Origin: a virus
DNA length: 34,147 nt
Virus record (IMG/VR): IMGVR_UViG_3300017764_000033
Reading direction: 5' to 3' (one strand)
Positions 13,170-21,312 of this stretch are shown here, piece by piece; positions within the stretch are counted from its first letter, which is position 1, and each line of letters starts with the position of its first letter. The notes below the pieces were generated by a model that ran no database searches, had not been told where the DNA came from, and saw nothing but the letters and a program-made list of their open reading frames with translations. The translations under genes were made by a program, and so were the position numbers.

Positions 13170-14242
13170 TACGATAGTCTTATAATTTGAATAGCACCTA
13201 CATCACCTCCTGTACTCGTTACCTTGTGGTTCGCTACTCCCGAATGCAGGAATGTCTCTACCTCAATGTAATTACCATTTGATGCAGAAACTACAAACGA
13301 TGCGCTCGTAGTAGATTTGTGCCCGTAAGTGCTATGTCTAAAGTATTGTAGGTTACATGATCCCGCTATTGTAGTCCCGTTCTTCTGCACTACCGCTCCA
13401 AACGTAGATCGGTTAGCGTACAATGACTGCCAATTTATGTTGTACATAATCATGTAAGTCCCTGTAGCGTTAAACGTGATCCTGCTACTCGATATCGTTG
13501 TGCCTGTCGTGCCATCTAACTCTTGTGTTCCAATACTGATCTTAGCACCACTTGAGGTGTACGTTTGACTTGAAGTGAATAGATACTTGTCAGCCGTGTA
13601 CATAGCTCCGTTTGAACCATTCGAGCCGTTTGTCCCGTTCGTCCCGTTTGAACCTGCTGGGCCTTGAGGCCCTTCTACACCTTGATCACCTTGAGGCCCT
13701 TGAATTCCTTGTGGCCCCGTAGCACCATTTGAACCATCAGCACCATCACTTCCATCACTTCCTGCAATCCCCTGTGGCCCTTGAGGGCCTGTAGCTCCCG
13801 CCGCTCCCGCAGGGCCTTGAGGGCCCGTTGCTCCCGCTGAACCTGCCGCACCCGCAGAGCCTCTTACATTTCCTACATTAACCTCACCGAGATTATCAAT
13901 CTCTAAGACTAACTCATAGTTTTGCAAAGAAGCACCTGTTACTGAATTACCATCAGCACCTGCCGATCCATTAGAACCATTCGAACCCGCGGGGCCTTGT
14001 GGGCCTTGTGGGCCTGTAGGGCCTGTACTTGTAGGCAGGGTTACTGATCCACCACTATTGGATAACGTAAGCGTAGTACCACTAACGCTCAATGCTTGAG
14101 TATACGTTCCGCTTAGATCGGGTATACGAGCGGAACTAAATGTCCCACTCGTAATTTTTGCGGCTGACAGGTTCGGTACATCACTTGAAGCAATGTTCAT
14201 CGAACCCGTTACATCTAATGCGCCTAAAACCTTTACAGCCAT
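13169..14242 (-). CDS. Collagen-like tail fibre with a C1q/TNF-like C-terminal head
   Basis: 357 aa. Two Gly-X-Y blocks (aa 74-99 and 128-212). The C-terminal 145 aa have jelly-roll-like signatures (ITFNATGTYMIMYNINW...VVQKNGTTIAGS...SASFVVSASNGNYIEVE). The N-terminus, MAVKVLGALDVTGS, resembles that of the neighbouring fibre. Confidence 0.8.
   Translation of the reverse strand: MAVKVLGALDVTGSMNIASSDVPNLSAAKITSGTFSSARIPDLSGTYTQALSVSGTTLTLSNSGGSVTLPTSTGPTGPQGPQGPAGSNGSNGSAGADGNSVTGASLQNYELVLEIDNLGEVNVGNVRGSAGAAGSAGATGPQGPAGAAGATGPQGPQGIAGSDGSDGADGSNGATGPQGIQGPQGDQGVEGPQGPAGSNGTNGTNGSNGSNGAMYTADKYLFTSSQTYTSSGAKISIGTQELDGTTGTTISSSRITFNATGTYMIMYNINWQSLYANRSTFGAVVQKNGTTIAGSCNLQYFRHSTYGHKSTTSASFVVSASNGNYIEVETFLHSGVANHKVTSTGGDVGAIQIIRLS
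13607..13861 (-). repeat. Coding Gly-X-Y collagen repeat block 2 (85 aa)
   Basis: GSAGAAGSAGATGPQGPAGAAGATGPQGPQGIAGSDGSDGADGSNGATGPQGIQGPQGDQGVEGPQGPAGSNGTNGTNGSNGSNG. Coordinates were computed from aa positions. Confidence 0.9.
13946..14023 (-). repeat. Coding Gly-X-Y collagen repeat block 1 (26 aa)
   Basis: GPTGPQGPQGPAGSNGSNGSAGADGN. A 28-aa non-collagen interruption separates it from block 2. Confidence 0.85.
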
Positions 14243-14262
14243 ATCCCTATCTCTTTTTTACG

Positions 14263-16083
14263 TTACGCTCTAACGCCTGTTATTGCAATATAGTAATTCC
14301 CCGAAGGTAGCCCCGAGATTGTCACACTTGCATCACCTGTATCTTGAACGATCTCTGCCAATACTTGATTCCCGTTTGCATCATACAAATTGATGTTTGC
14401 AGGGAACTCTGCTCTATGCGCTGTCTGAGCTACTGATATCGAAGTAACGCCTGTAAACGATTGGTTATACGATACATACGAGTTGACAAGATCAACACCA
14501 TTACCCGAGTCATCGTCAGTTGCACTAATACCCGTGTGAGATGCACTACCTACCATTACGTCAGCAACGTAGTCTTTTACTTGTTCTGCACTCAATTGAG
14601 TATTCGCAGTACCCGAAAGCACACCACTTGAAATGGTGAGGTTCGATCCAACCTTAATACCACCAAGCGTATTTGATGCGGCCGTTGGTAACGAATAGGC
14701 ATTTGCACCATCCGCTATACCATCTAACTTATCCTTTAAGGTTGTCGTGAAGTCATTTTCAGTCTGCGCATCAGCAGATATAACACCACTTGCGATGCTA
14801 ATACCACTACCAATCTTTACACCACCAAGAGCCGAAGCAGTTGCTACGTTCAGTGCGATGTCATTTGCGTTAGCTGTAATACCTGTACCACCAACTACAT
14901 TTAACGTTTTGCTATATGCTCCACTCGTTACTGATCCACCACCTGTAAGACCATTTCCCGCAGTTACGGTAACACCTGTGATGTCTCCACTATTATTGCT
15001 GTACTCCGAGCTGATCGGTATGTTATAGAACGTTGATCCGTTATTCGTAAACTGCCAACGATCTGAACTCTCATCCCATTGGAATTTCACATTGGTAGCT
15101 GTTCCACGTTCTACTTCAAGACCTGCATCTTGAGTAGGTGTTCCTGTAACATCGTTATTCAACAAGATGCTATTGTCACCTGTGCTTAACGTGTTTGAAT
15201 TGATCGTGGTCGTAGTACCTTGTACGGTTAAATCACCACGAATGACAATCGTATCACTTGCCGCATCTGATCCAATCGTAGTCGTACCACCTAATTCCCC
15301 TAAACGTGATGCAAGATTCGTTGTGTTTACGTTAACATCCGTGTTCGTTACCTTCGCGGAGTTAGCAGTAATTGCATTTGCTTGAGCAGTCGTGATTCCT
15401 ACTTTCGCGCTGTTAGCCGTGATAGCTGTAGCCTGTGAAGATGAAATCGTAGTCGTGTCTCCCGCTAATGCTGTACTTGACGTAGTTCCAAGAGCAAGAT
15501 TCGAAGATCCATTACCCGTACCTGCACCGATCAATGTACGTACTTCTGCCGCTGATATTCCCGAAGCAAGACTTGGTGTCGAGCCGTTTGAGGTAATAGC
15601 AGGGTGTGAGGTAGCAGTTGCATTGGCATCAATGTTGTTCAACTTGTCGAGCAATGCTGACGTGAAGTCTTCAGTCGATTGCACATCTGCCGAGATAACT
15701 CCACTCGTAATGGTTATGCGAGAACCGATTTTCACACCACCTAATGCACTTGCAGTTGCAGTATCTAACGCTACATCATTAGCATTGGCTGTGATACCCG
15801 TTCCGCCTACAACATTAAGAGTTACTGAGCCACTCGCTCCGCCCCCTGTTAAACCATTACCTGCGCTTACGCCTGTAATATCTCCTGTACTACTTGACAG
15901 GTTTACCCAACTTGATCCATTGTAAAATCTAAGCTCGTTATCACTTGTATTATAGTACACTTGTCCTGCCGCTGGCCCACTCGGGTTCGCTGACGCATTT
16001 TGAAATCTTGCGTTCTTGAGTGAATTACCATTCAGTTCTAACGCCCCCGATACGTCTATATCGGATAGAAACTTTAAAGCCAT
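14263..16083 (-). CDS. Tail fibre protein with an internal duplication
   Basis: 606 aa, rich in Ser, Thr, Gly and Ala. The N-terminus, MALKFLSDIDVSGALELNG, is typical of fibre attachment. Repeated modules of the form GDITGV..GNGLTGGG...LNVVGGTGITANAND.AL..ATASALGGVKIGS.I.I.SGVISAD. Central block ...GLEVERGTATNVKFQWDESSDRWQF. Confidence 0.8.
   Translation of the reverse strand: MALKFLSDIDVSGALELNGNSLKNARFQNASANPSGPAAGQVYYNTSDNELRFYNGSSWVNLSSSTGDITGVSAGNGLTGGGASGSVTLNVVGGTGITANANDVALDTATASALGGVKIGSRITITSGVISADVQSTEDFTSALLDKLNNIDANATATSHPAITSNGSTPSLASGISAAEVRTLIGAGTGNGSSNLALGTTSSTALAGDTTTISSSQATAITANSAKVGITTAQANAITANSAKVTNTDVNVNTTNLASRLGELGGTTTIGSDAASDTIVIRGDLTVQGTTTTINSNTLSTGDNSILLNNDVTGTPTQDAGLEVERGTATNVKFQWDESSDRWQFTNNGSTFYNIPISSEYSNNSGDITGVTVTAGNGLTGGGSVTSGAYSKTLNVVGGTGITANANDIALNVATASALGGVKIGSGISIASGVISADAQTENDFTTTLKDKLDGIADGANAYSLPTAASNTLGGIKVGSNLTISSGVLSGTANTQLSAEQVKDYVADVMVGSASHTGISATDDDSGNGVDLVNSYVSYNQSFTGVTSISVAQTAHRAEFPANINLYDANGNQVLAEIVQDTGDASVTISGLPSGNYYIAITGVRA
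14698..14988 (-). repeat. Intragenic repeat, copy 2 (aa 366-462 of the fibre)
   Basis: See copy 1. A third, partial unit (ASNTLGGIKVGSNLTISSGVLSG) follows at aa 468-491. Confidence 0.8.
15619..15885 (-). repeat. Intragenic repeat, copy 1 (aa 67-155 of the fibre)
   Basis: About 90 aa that align with aa 366-462. The DNA has diverged, so the match is at amino-acid level only. Confidence 0.8.
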
Positions 16084-16095
16084 GTTTTTCTTGTT

Positions 16096-16419
16096 TTAGT
16101 TTAAATATGCTTTACCACTTTCAGCCCCATTGAATAAAACCGTGAGCTGATTGGCTGAATCGTATCGCACCTCGGTTATAAGTACATTGCCTCCATCGTC
16201 TACTATCGAAACGGATGGATGCTTTCCTAAATTATGTGTTATAATCCACTGATCCGTAGCATTGGATTGCGTGTGGGCATAATGAGCATCTCCCGAACCT
16301 ACGGCAAAACCACTCACCGATACACTCGTAGGTGCAGGTGTGCTTAAGCTGACCGCAGTGCTGTCATTTTGCTGTACGCTAACGGATGTTCCGCTATTTT
16401 GGTTAATGCTTACCCCCAT
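16096..16419 (-). CDS. Hypothetical virion-associated protein
   Basis: 107-aa ORF that is Ser/Thr/Val-rich at the N-terminus and sits between structural genes. Confidence 0.6.
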   Translation of the reverse strand: MGVSINQNSGTSVSVQQNDSTAVSLSTPAPTSVSVSGFAVGSGDAHYAHTQSNATDQWIITHNLGKHPSVSIVDDGGNVLITEVRYDSANQLTVLFNGAESGKAYLN

Positions 16420-16778
16420 TATTCAGTAACATCGTCGTTAACAATAAACAAGCCCTTTAGCCATGTGGCTATATTGCCTGTTCCTGTATGCGTAGCCTGT
16501 AGATCGTATACATAATTACCACCTTTTAGGCTCATGTCCGCACCTGCTTTATTCATGACTAAATCTCCTGTCGCATTCGTAGTGAAATCTCCTGTATTGA
16601 ATGTCAGAACCACTGAAGCACTTGTGCTACGCTTACGCACCTGTGCCTTGAACGTGTATGAAGTCAGATCAATTACTGCATCTGAACTATCAGTCCAATC
16701 CATGTCTAACTTGAACGTATCGTATCTTCTACATGTAATGTCGAGCGTACTCGCTATGTCTAAGTTAATTTTTGCCAT
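16419..16778 (-). CDS. Hypothetical structural protein (beta-rich, Ig-like impression)
   Basis: The likely ATG is at 16778 (MAKINLDIAS...). The track ORF extends to 16820 from a non-ATG start. Confidence 0.6.
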   Translation of the reverse strand: MAKINLDIASTLDITCRRYDTFKLDMDWTDSSDAVIDLTSYTFKAQVRKRSTSASVVLTFNTGDFTTNATGDLVMNKAGADMSLKGGNYVYDLQATHTGTGNIATWLKGLFIVNDDVTE

Positions 16779-16856
16779 TTCTCTTTGCTTTATTCGTTGC
16801 TTTTGACAAGTAAACCTCAAGTTTCTTGACGTTCACAACCTTTGGCTTATAGGTTC

Positions 16857-17360
16857 TTATAATACCCATCCTGTAAATCCATTTAAACTGCCCGAAGGAT
16901 ACATCCCTTCAGCTTGATAGTCGCTATACTCTGCATATAGGTCATTATTGAGGCTCAAATGCTTGACCAAAAAGTCTCTATAATGATCTCCTATGTCTCT
17001 TTGTTTCTGCACTAAGCGATCCACCTCGCCTTTGCTTACAACCTCACCGCTATCACTTGTATGCTTGTAGATTCCGCCATTCTCTACGCTGTATGCGTGA
17101 AATGCTAAGAAATCTGCTACACAATAATGAATCAATACAGGTTTCACATACTCCATGACAAGGTTCTCATAGGTCGCTGACAAATCATCTTCATCAATGT
17201 CCAACAGGATCTTGTCATATAGCTTCGTGCCGAGTAGACTCTGAATATGGATGTCTTGCGCTGTCTTAATGAAGGGCGTAATCTTGTCCATATCAATGTT
17301 CCCGCTCAATGAAGTGCGAGTCATTATATCCTCTCTCGTACACAATAATACTTCTGCCAT
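16857..17360 (-). CDS. Putative head-tail connector/adaptor (gp6-like impression)
   Basis: 167 aa, directly after the portal gene. The N-terminus, ...REDIMTRTSLSGNIDMDKITPFIKTAQDIHIQSLLGTKLY, resembles the head-tail connector N-terminal pattern (recall only). Confidence 0.4.
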   Translation of the reverse strand: MAEVLLCTREDIMTRTSLSGNIDMDKITPFIKTAQDIHIQSLLGTKLYDKILLDIDEDDLSATYENLVMEYVKPVLIHYCVADFLAFHAYSVENGGIYKHTSDSGEVVSKGEVDRLVQKQRDIGDHYRDFLVKHLSLNNDLYAEYSDYQAEGMYPSGSLNGFTGWVL

Positions 17361-17361
17361 C

Positions 17362-19146
17362 TTAGTTCAATTTTGCTTGATCGGGCATATCAGTAGGACG
17401 TTGTTGAGCCTCTTTCCACTTTTTAGGTTCAAATTTCGTATTAGGCACTCCTGCTCTTCTTGCACCGCTTTCAGCTATTCTCTTATCGTTTTCTAAATCC
17501 TTAGTAGACGATGCAGGTTTGATCCTACCCTTACCATCTCTTGCACGAACAAATACTTGTCTCACCCAATAGTGTTTGCAGTAAGCACCACCTTTAAATC
17601 GCCATATACTATATGTGCTTGTGCCTTTTGGACTCCATTCAGTGTTCACTTTACCTGCCATATTCTCAATATCCTCTCTGCGGTACACTACCCCTCTTTC
17701 TCCGTTCTGAACCATGTTCTTGCAGAACGTTCTGCTGTTATCAGAAGCCTTGAGTGGTGCATAACGATAACGGATCTTGTATATTCCTGCATCATCGTCA
17801 GACTTAGCTTGAGGATTTGCAAATCGCTTGAAGAAGTTATACTTCTCGTCCTCCGTGTCGGGGTCAACTTCCTCTTCATCCATCAATTCCCATTCTTCGA
17901 GATCCATTTGTTCGCCAATTTCACTCAAATGTTCAAGCCAATGAGATTCGTCCTCATCAGTCATATCCTGTAATGCCTTATTCTTAGCATCACCTTGCTC
18001 ACTTAGCTCTACACCTGTTTCTTTCTCTCTTGTCTCATCGTCAAGCATCTTACCACTAAGATCCACGAATTCAAGGGGCTGTAATGTCTTGAAATACAAG
18101 TCTAACGAGTACCCATTGTAGTGCAATACATCCTTAACAGCCTCTATAATAGCGTTTTGCATAGGTCTGATCACCGTATTGTCGAATAACACACTCGCTG
18201 TTCTTAGCTCATCTGCATTATTACCTAATCCTGTCTGATCCTTTATACCTAATAGCATAGGACTCGTTACCCTATGGCTCACCATGATCTTAGACATACA
18301 CTCATTGCTCAAAAAGCTGTACTGATTGTGCGCATCACTTAGCTGAATAGGCTCGATGGATGCTTGGCTGTCCTTATCATCATTAAAGGCTAAAATGAAG
18401 CGACCTGCATTGCTTGATCCACTAAATTTCTGCTTCAGTTTACTCTCTATCTGCTGTTGCTTACGCTCATCGGGAATCCCATTATTGAAATTCACCATCA
18501 TCGTAGGCAAAAGCGAATTTTTAATGTTGTTCAAGTGATAGTTCGCTATCTCACTCTCCATCTCAGCATACTGCAAACCACCTTGATAGTCCACAGGATT
18601 AAAGTAATCGTTACCTGTGCTGTACGGCTTTATAACGTACATAGCAACCATTGCATTGCCCTCATATCCGAAAGCAGGTATCCTTGTAGGCGTATCACTT
18701 GGCGTTGCCTCTGCCCAATTGTGGTGGTAGTAGTAAGCCTCTACCTCTCCCTTGTCGTTGGCCTTTTCGGGACGTAATGTGTAGATCGGGAAATGCTCTG
18801 CCTGTACAAAACGCTTTCCATCCTTACTCTTTATGACTTGAAACGATGCCTGTCCAAGCATCTTGAAGTCCATACACAATTTGCGTACACAATCATCTCT
18901 AAACAGCTTCTTGAAGCTCAAGTAACCATCCAATTGACGATCCGCTTTGACTACCTCTAACCCTCCACCAAAGATCAAGTCAGAAATACCCTTAACTGCC
19001 GCATTGTTCGTAGGACTGCTGTGGTACAATGAGATCAGATACTCATAAAACGAGTTATCGTCTCCGTATTCGATCCAATCCTTGTTCTTGCTCTCTACTA
19101 TAGCAGGGCTATTGTAGTCATGCAGTTGCACAAACCTTACACTCAT
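17362..19146 (-). CDS. Portal protein with a long C-terminal extension
   Basis: 594 aa. It is the largest head-module ORF. The N-terminal ~370 aa look portal-like (...SPTNNAAVKGISDLIFGGGLEV...), followed by a very acidic linker and then a basic Cys/His-containing domain. Confidence 0.65.
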   Translation of the reverse strand: MSVRFVQLHDYNSPAIVESKNKDWIEYGDDNSFYEYLISLYHSSPTNNAAVKGISDLIFGGGLEVVKADRQLDGYLSFKKLFRDDCVRKLCMDFKMLGQASFQVIKSKDGKRFVQAEHFPIYTLRPEKANDKGEVEAYYYHHNWAEATPSDTPTRIPAFGYEGNAMVAMYVIKPYSTGNDYFNPVDYQGGLQYAEMESEIANYHLNNIKNSLLPTMMVNFNNGIPDERKQQQIESKLKQKFSGSSNAGRFILAFNDDKDSQASIEPIQLSDAHNQYSFLSNECMSKIMVSHRVTSPMLLGIKDQTGLGNNADELRTASVLFDNTVIRPMQNAIIEAVKDVLHYNGYSLDLYFKTLQPLEFVDLSGKMLDDETREKETGVELSEQGDAKNKALQDMTDEDESHWLEHLSEIGEQMDLEEWELMDEEEVDPDTEDEKYNFFKRFANPQAKSDDDAGIYKIRYRYAPLKASDNSRTFCKNMVQNGERGVVYRREDIENMAGKVNTEWSPKGTSTYSIWRFKGGAYCKHYWVRQVFVRARDGKGRIKPASSTKDLENDKRIAESGARRAGVPNTKFEPKKWKEAQQRPTDMPDQAKLN

Positions 19147-19478
19147 AATGTCATAAATTTATTTTCGTATCCCATGTTCTCGGTGTACTTGTCTTTGATC
19201 ACGCTGAAGCTCTTAGCCTCTTGTGCTGTACAAAATACCTTACCTCTATACACAGGTATACCATCACTATCCTTTAGCACGATCCGATACCACTGCTCTT
19301 CTTGAAAGTTAAACGCAAACCCTACTTGTCGATAGCTATTACTAATCGTAATGCTACACGCAGGTTTGTATGTCTCTTTGCTGTAATCATCCCGTACCTG
19401 TAAGGTCAAATCACCCGTATAACTACGAGTGGCTACCTTAATTACGTGATCGGTTGTATTCGGACTAACTATTGTCAT
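19143..19478 (-). CDS. Hypothetical protein upstream of the portal
   Basis: ATG at 19478 (MTIVSPN...); the track start at 19493 is TTG. ATGA overlap with the portal start. Confidence 0.6.
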   Translation of the reverse strand: MTIVSPNTTDHVIKVATRSYTGDLTLQVRDDYSKETYKPACSITISNSYRQVGFAFNFQEEQWYRIVLKDSDGIPVYRGKVFCTAQEAKSFSVIKDKYTENMGYENKFMTL

Positions 19479-19512
19479 ACCTATATAATGCAAAACCTCT
19501 ATTTCAATACAT

Positions 19513-19541
19513 AAAAAAAGGGCAGACCTTTCGATCCACCC
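19513..19541 (-). terminator. Rho-independent terminator
   Basis: Minus strand GGGTGGA-TCGAAAGG-TCTGCCC (7 bp, including two G:U pairs), followed by T7. Confidence 0.6.
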
Positions 19542-19568
19542 TCTTCCGCTACAATAAATCGTTATACC

Positions 19569-19895
19569 CTATCGCGTATAAAAATCGCTTACCTTGACAT
19601 ACTGCAAATCAATCTCAATGTCGTTTGCTTTAGCGTATACGTCAACATATTCCTCTCCTTGTGTACTTATGAGCAATCCATTACCAAAGAACGGCACTCC
19701 GTTTACCTTGAAGCCAAATCCGTAGTTCTTAAACAAGCCTTCTTCATCTACAATGAGGTCTATATCATCTCTGAATCGTACAGGTTGAAAATACTCAGCC
19801 TTTTGGTGCAAGGCTTTCGATATGTCTTGCCATTCATCACCTATCTCGATGTCGTACATACCCTTGTTCTCAGCATCTATCTTAATTACTCTCAT
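19569..19895 (-). CDS. Hypothetical protein (possibly DUF3846-like)
   Basis: 108 aa. ...DLIVDEEGLFKNY...GNGLLI... resembles DUF3846-type small proteins (recall only). Confidence 0.55.
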   Translation of the reverse strand: MRVIKIDAENKGMYDIEIGDEWQDISKALHQKAEYFQPVRFRDDIDLIVDEEGLFKNYGFGFKVNGVPFFGNGLLISTQGEEYVDVYAKANDIEIDLQYVKVSDFYTR

Positions 19896-20146
19896 TTTGT
19901 TACTGATTTGCGGTTAAACGGATCGAGATTCTTATCGAATAAGACGTCTGCGAGGGCCTTAGTGTTCATGAAATACTGATCGTATCCATATGTGTCATTG
20001 AATAGGCGATAGTACACTACATGCTTCTTATCGTCCATTGGGTTGCCGAGCGAATACTGCTGTAGGCTGTAATGATTGCTGTTATCACGTTGGTCGCTTT
20101 CTAAGTCCCAACACGTCCAAGCGTTTACGAGTTTCCTGTTCTCCAT
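19892..20146 (-). CDS. Hypothetical small protein
   Basis: 84-aa ORF with its own promoter-like element. ATGA overlap with the next gene. Confidence 0.6.
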   Translation of the reverse strand: MENRKLVNAWTCWDLESDQRDNSNHYSLQQYSLGNPMDDKKHVVYYRLFNDTYGYDQYFMNTKALADVLFDKNLDPFNRKSVTK

Positions 20147-20166
20147 TTGATATTGCTTTTTGATTC

Positions 20167-20202
20167 TTTGTAAATATACAAAAGATATAGTGCCCCACCA
20201 AA
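20167..20202 (-). promoter_or_regulatory. Promoter-like element with palindrome TTTGTATATTTACAAA
   Basis: The minus strand reads TTTG-N20-TATATTTA, then CAAAGAATCAAAAAGC, and the ATG at 20146 follows 8 nt later. The 16-mer palindrome is identical to 7045..7060. Confidence 0.5.
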
Positions 20203-20211
20203 CGGCAGGGC
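20192..20211 (-). terminator. Hairpin after the 122-aa gene (possible terminator; overlaps the -33 box of the next promoter)
   Basis: Minus strand GCCCTGCC-GTTT-GGTGGGGC (8 bp, including two G:U pairs). The T-tract is weak. Confidence 0.35.
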
Positions 20212-20219
20212 ATCTATTC

Positions 20220-20588
20220 TTACTCTTCCCAAAAGTGCTCCATTAGCTCTAAAGCATTCTTGAGCGTACTATGGGACAACTGATTCATGTCCATCCAATC
20301 AGCAGGTACACCGCCATTCTTACGAGCGTGTTGCAGGTCATCTAAGACCATTTTGATTCTCTTAACAACATACGCCTTGTGCTCGTTAGGGCGTTGAATG
20401 AAATGCTCTTGAGGCAAGAAATCCTCTGCTGTGTACATAGTTCCGTACACCTCGTTCTGCTTCTTACAAAACCATATGATTTTGCTCTTTGCGTGTGCCT
20501 CATCTTCGGGAGTCTTGGCCTTGCAAAATTGAGACTGCCAAAAGTCGATCTTCGGCATGTACCCATCGGGGTATTTGGTTTTTTCCAT
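20220..20588 (-). CDS. Hypothetical protein
   Basis: 122-aa ORF with a full promoter cassette upstream and a hairpin downstream. Confidence 0.65.
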   Translation of the reverse strand: MEKTKYPDGYMPKIDFWQSQFCKAKTPEDEAHAKSKIIWFCKKQNEVYGTMYTAEDFLPQEHFIQRPNEHKAYVVKRIKMVLDDLQHARKNGGVPADWMDMNQLSHSTLKNALELMEHFWEE

Positions 20589-20612
20589 GATTGTAGCTTT
20601 TTGATTACATGG

Positions 20613-20643
20613 TAAAGATAAGTAATCTTTTTAAATCTACAAA
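20613..20643 (-). promoter_or_regulatory. Bacteroidota-type promoter: TTTG-N19-TATCTTTA
   Basis: The minus strand reads TTTG TAGATTTAAAAAGATTACT TATCTTTA, then CCATGTAATCAAAAAGC, and the ATG at 20588 follows 7 nt later. Confidence 0.6.
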
Positions 20644-20653
20644 ATAAACAGGT

Positions 20654-20683
20654 AAAAAAAAGGGCTTACTCCGCGTAAACCCC
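20654..20683 (-). terminator. Rho-independent terminator
   Basis: Minus strand GGGTTTAC-GCGGA-GTAAGCCC (8 bp), followed by T8. Confidence 0.7.
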
Positions 20684-20708
20684 TTTCTCTACTTAACACA
20701 AGTATGTA

Positions 20709-21248
20709 TTACGAGCCCGCAGTTACGGTCATAATACTGGATAATTCTGCTACGTCTACAAAGTTAGCAGGAACTTGCTCTTGAGCTGTCAATGACAAGG
20801 TGTATCCGTATAGATCACCCATAGCTGATCCTGTTACGATTGTTCCACCTGTTACATCTGCTTTGTGCTTTGCTCCCATCAAGAAGAACTTGCCGTTGTT
20901 GTCCTCTACGAGTACGTGAGGGCGGCCATAGGCCATTAGCTTTAGTTCTTTATGCGATGCTTTGCTTAAACCTTTAAGCTGTAGGTTCAAGACTTGCTCA
21001 TAAAATACAGTCCCATTCTCACGAGATGCGTTTACGTTCTGCTCGAAACTATTTGCTCCTTTAAGGTCATATTTGAATGCGGTAACATCTGAAGTACCAT
21101 CTGCCGCATGGATATCATCCACTACATCAGTATCAGTGCTGTCATATGTTAAAGACAAAGGCGCGTAATTAACGAAATATACTGCTCTTAGTCCACCGAC
21201 TTTATCTTTACAAGGCTCTAAACGCCCTAAACTTAAGTTACAACTCAT
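20709..21248 (-). CDS. Abundant-virion-protein candidate (putative major tail/tube protein)
   Basis: 179 aa, beta-rich, directly after the capsid gene and followed by a strong terminator. N-terminus ...CKDKVGGLRAVYFVNY... The assignment rests on position and general resemblance only. Confidence 0.35.
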   Translation of the reverse strand: MSCNLSLGRLEPCKDKVGGLRAVYFVNYAPLSLTYDSTDTDVVDDIHAADGTSDVTAFKYDLKGANSFEQNVNASRENGTVFYEQVLNLQLKGLSKASHKELKLMAYGRPHVLVEDNNGKFFLMGAKHKADVTGGTIVTGSAMGDLYGYTLSLTAQEQVPANFVDVAELSSIMTVTAGS

Positions 21249-21272
21249 TGTATGTTGTTTTTAGTCGGTAAA

Positions 21273-21299
21273 GGGGCAAGGCTTTCAACTCTCACCCCC
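21273..21299 (-). terminator. Hairpin after the major capsid gene (attenuator/terminator candidate)
   Basis: Minus strand GGGGTGAG...CTTGCCCC, a stem of about 8 bp with G:U pairs. The T-tract is poor. Confidence 0.35.
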
Positions 21300-21312
21300 T
21301 CCCAAGTTAGTA

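Noticed and set aside
13607-14023. Triplet-periodic repeats that might be mistaken for a tandem-repeat locus or a CRISPR-like array
   Set aside because: The periodicity is 9 nt / Gly-X-Y within an open reading frame. There are no repeat-spacer units and no leader. This is collagen-like coding sequence.
14747-15925. Plus-strand ORFs inside the fibre gene (14747..15028, 15167..15385, 15392..15925)
   Set aside because: They are antisense shadows of the Ser/Thr/Gly/Ala-rich 606-aa fibre gene. Such biased composition keeps the opposite strand open. None has a motif or an upstream promoter.
17557-17973. Plus-strand 138-aa ORF, and other plus-strand ORFs across 1213..33545
   Set aside because: All of them overlap longer minus-strand genes that have recognisable domains or coupling signals. 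None sits in an intergenic gap or follows a promoter-like motif on the plus strand.
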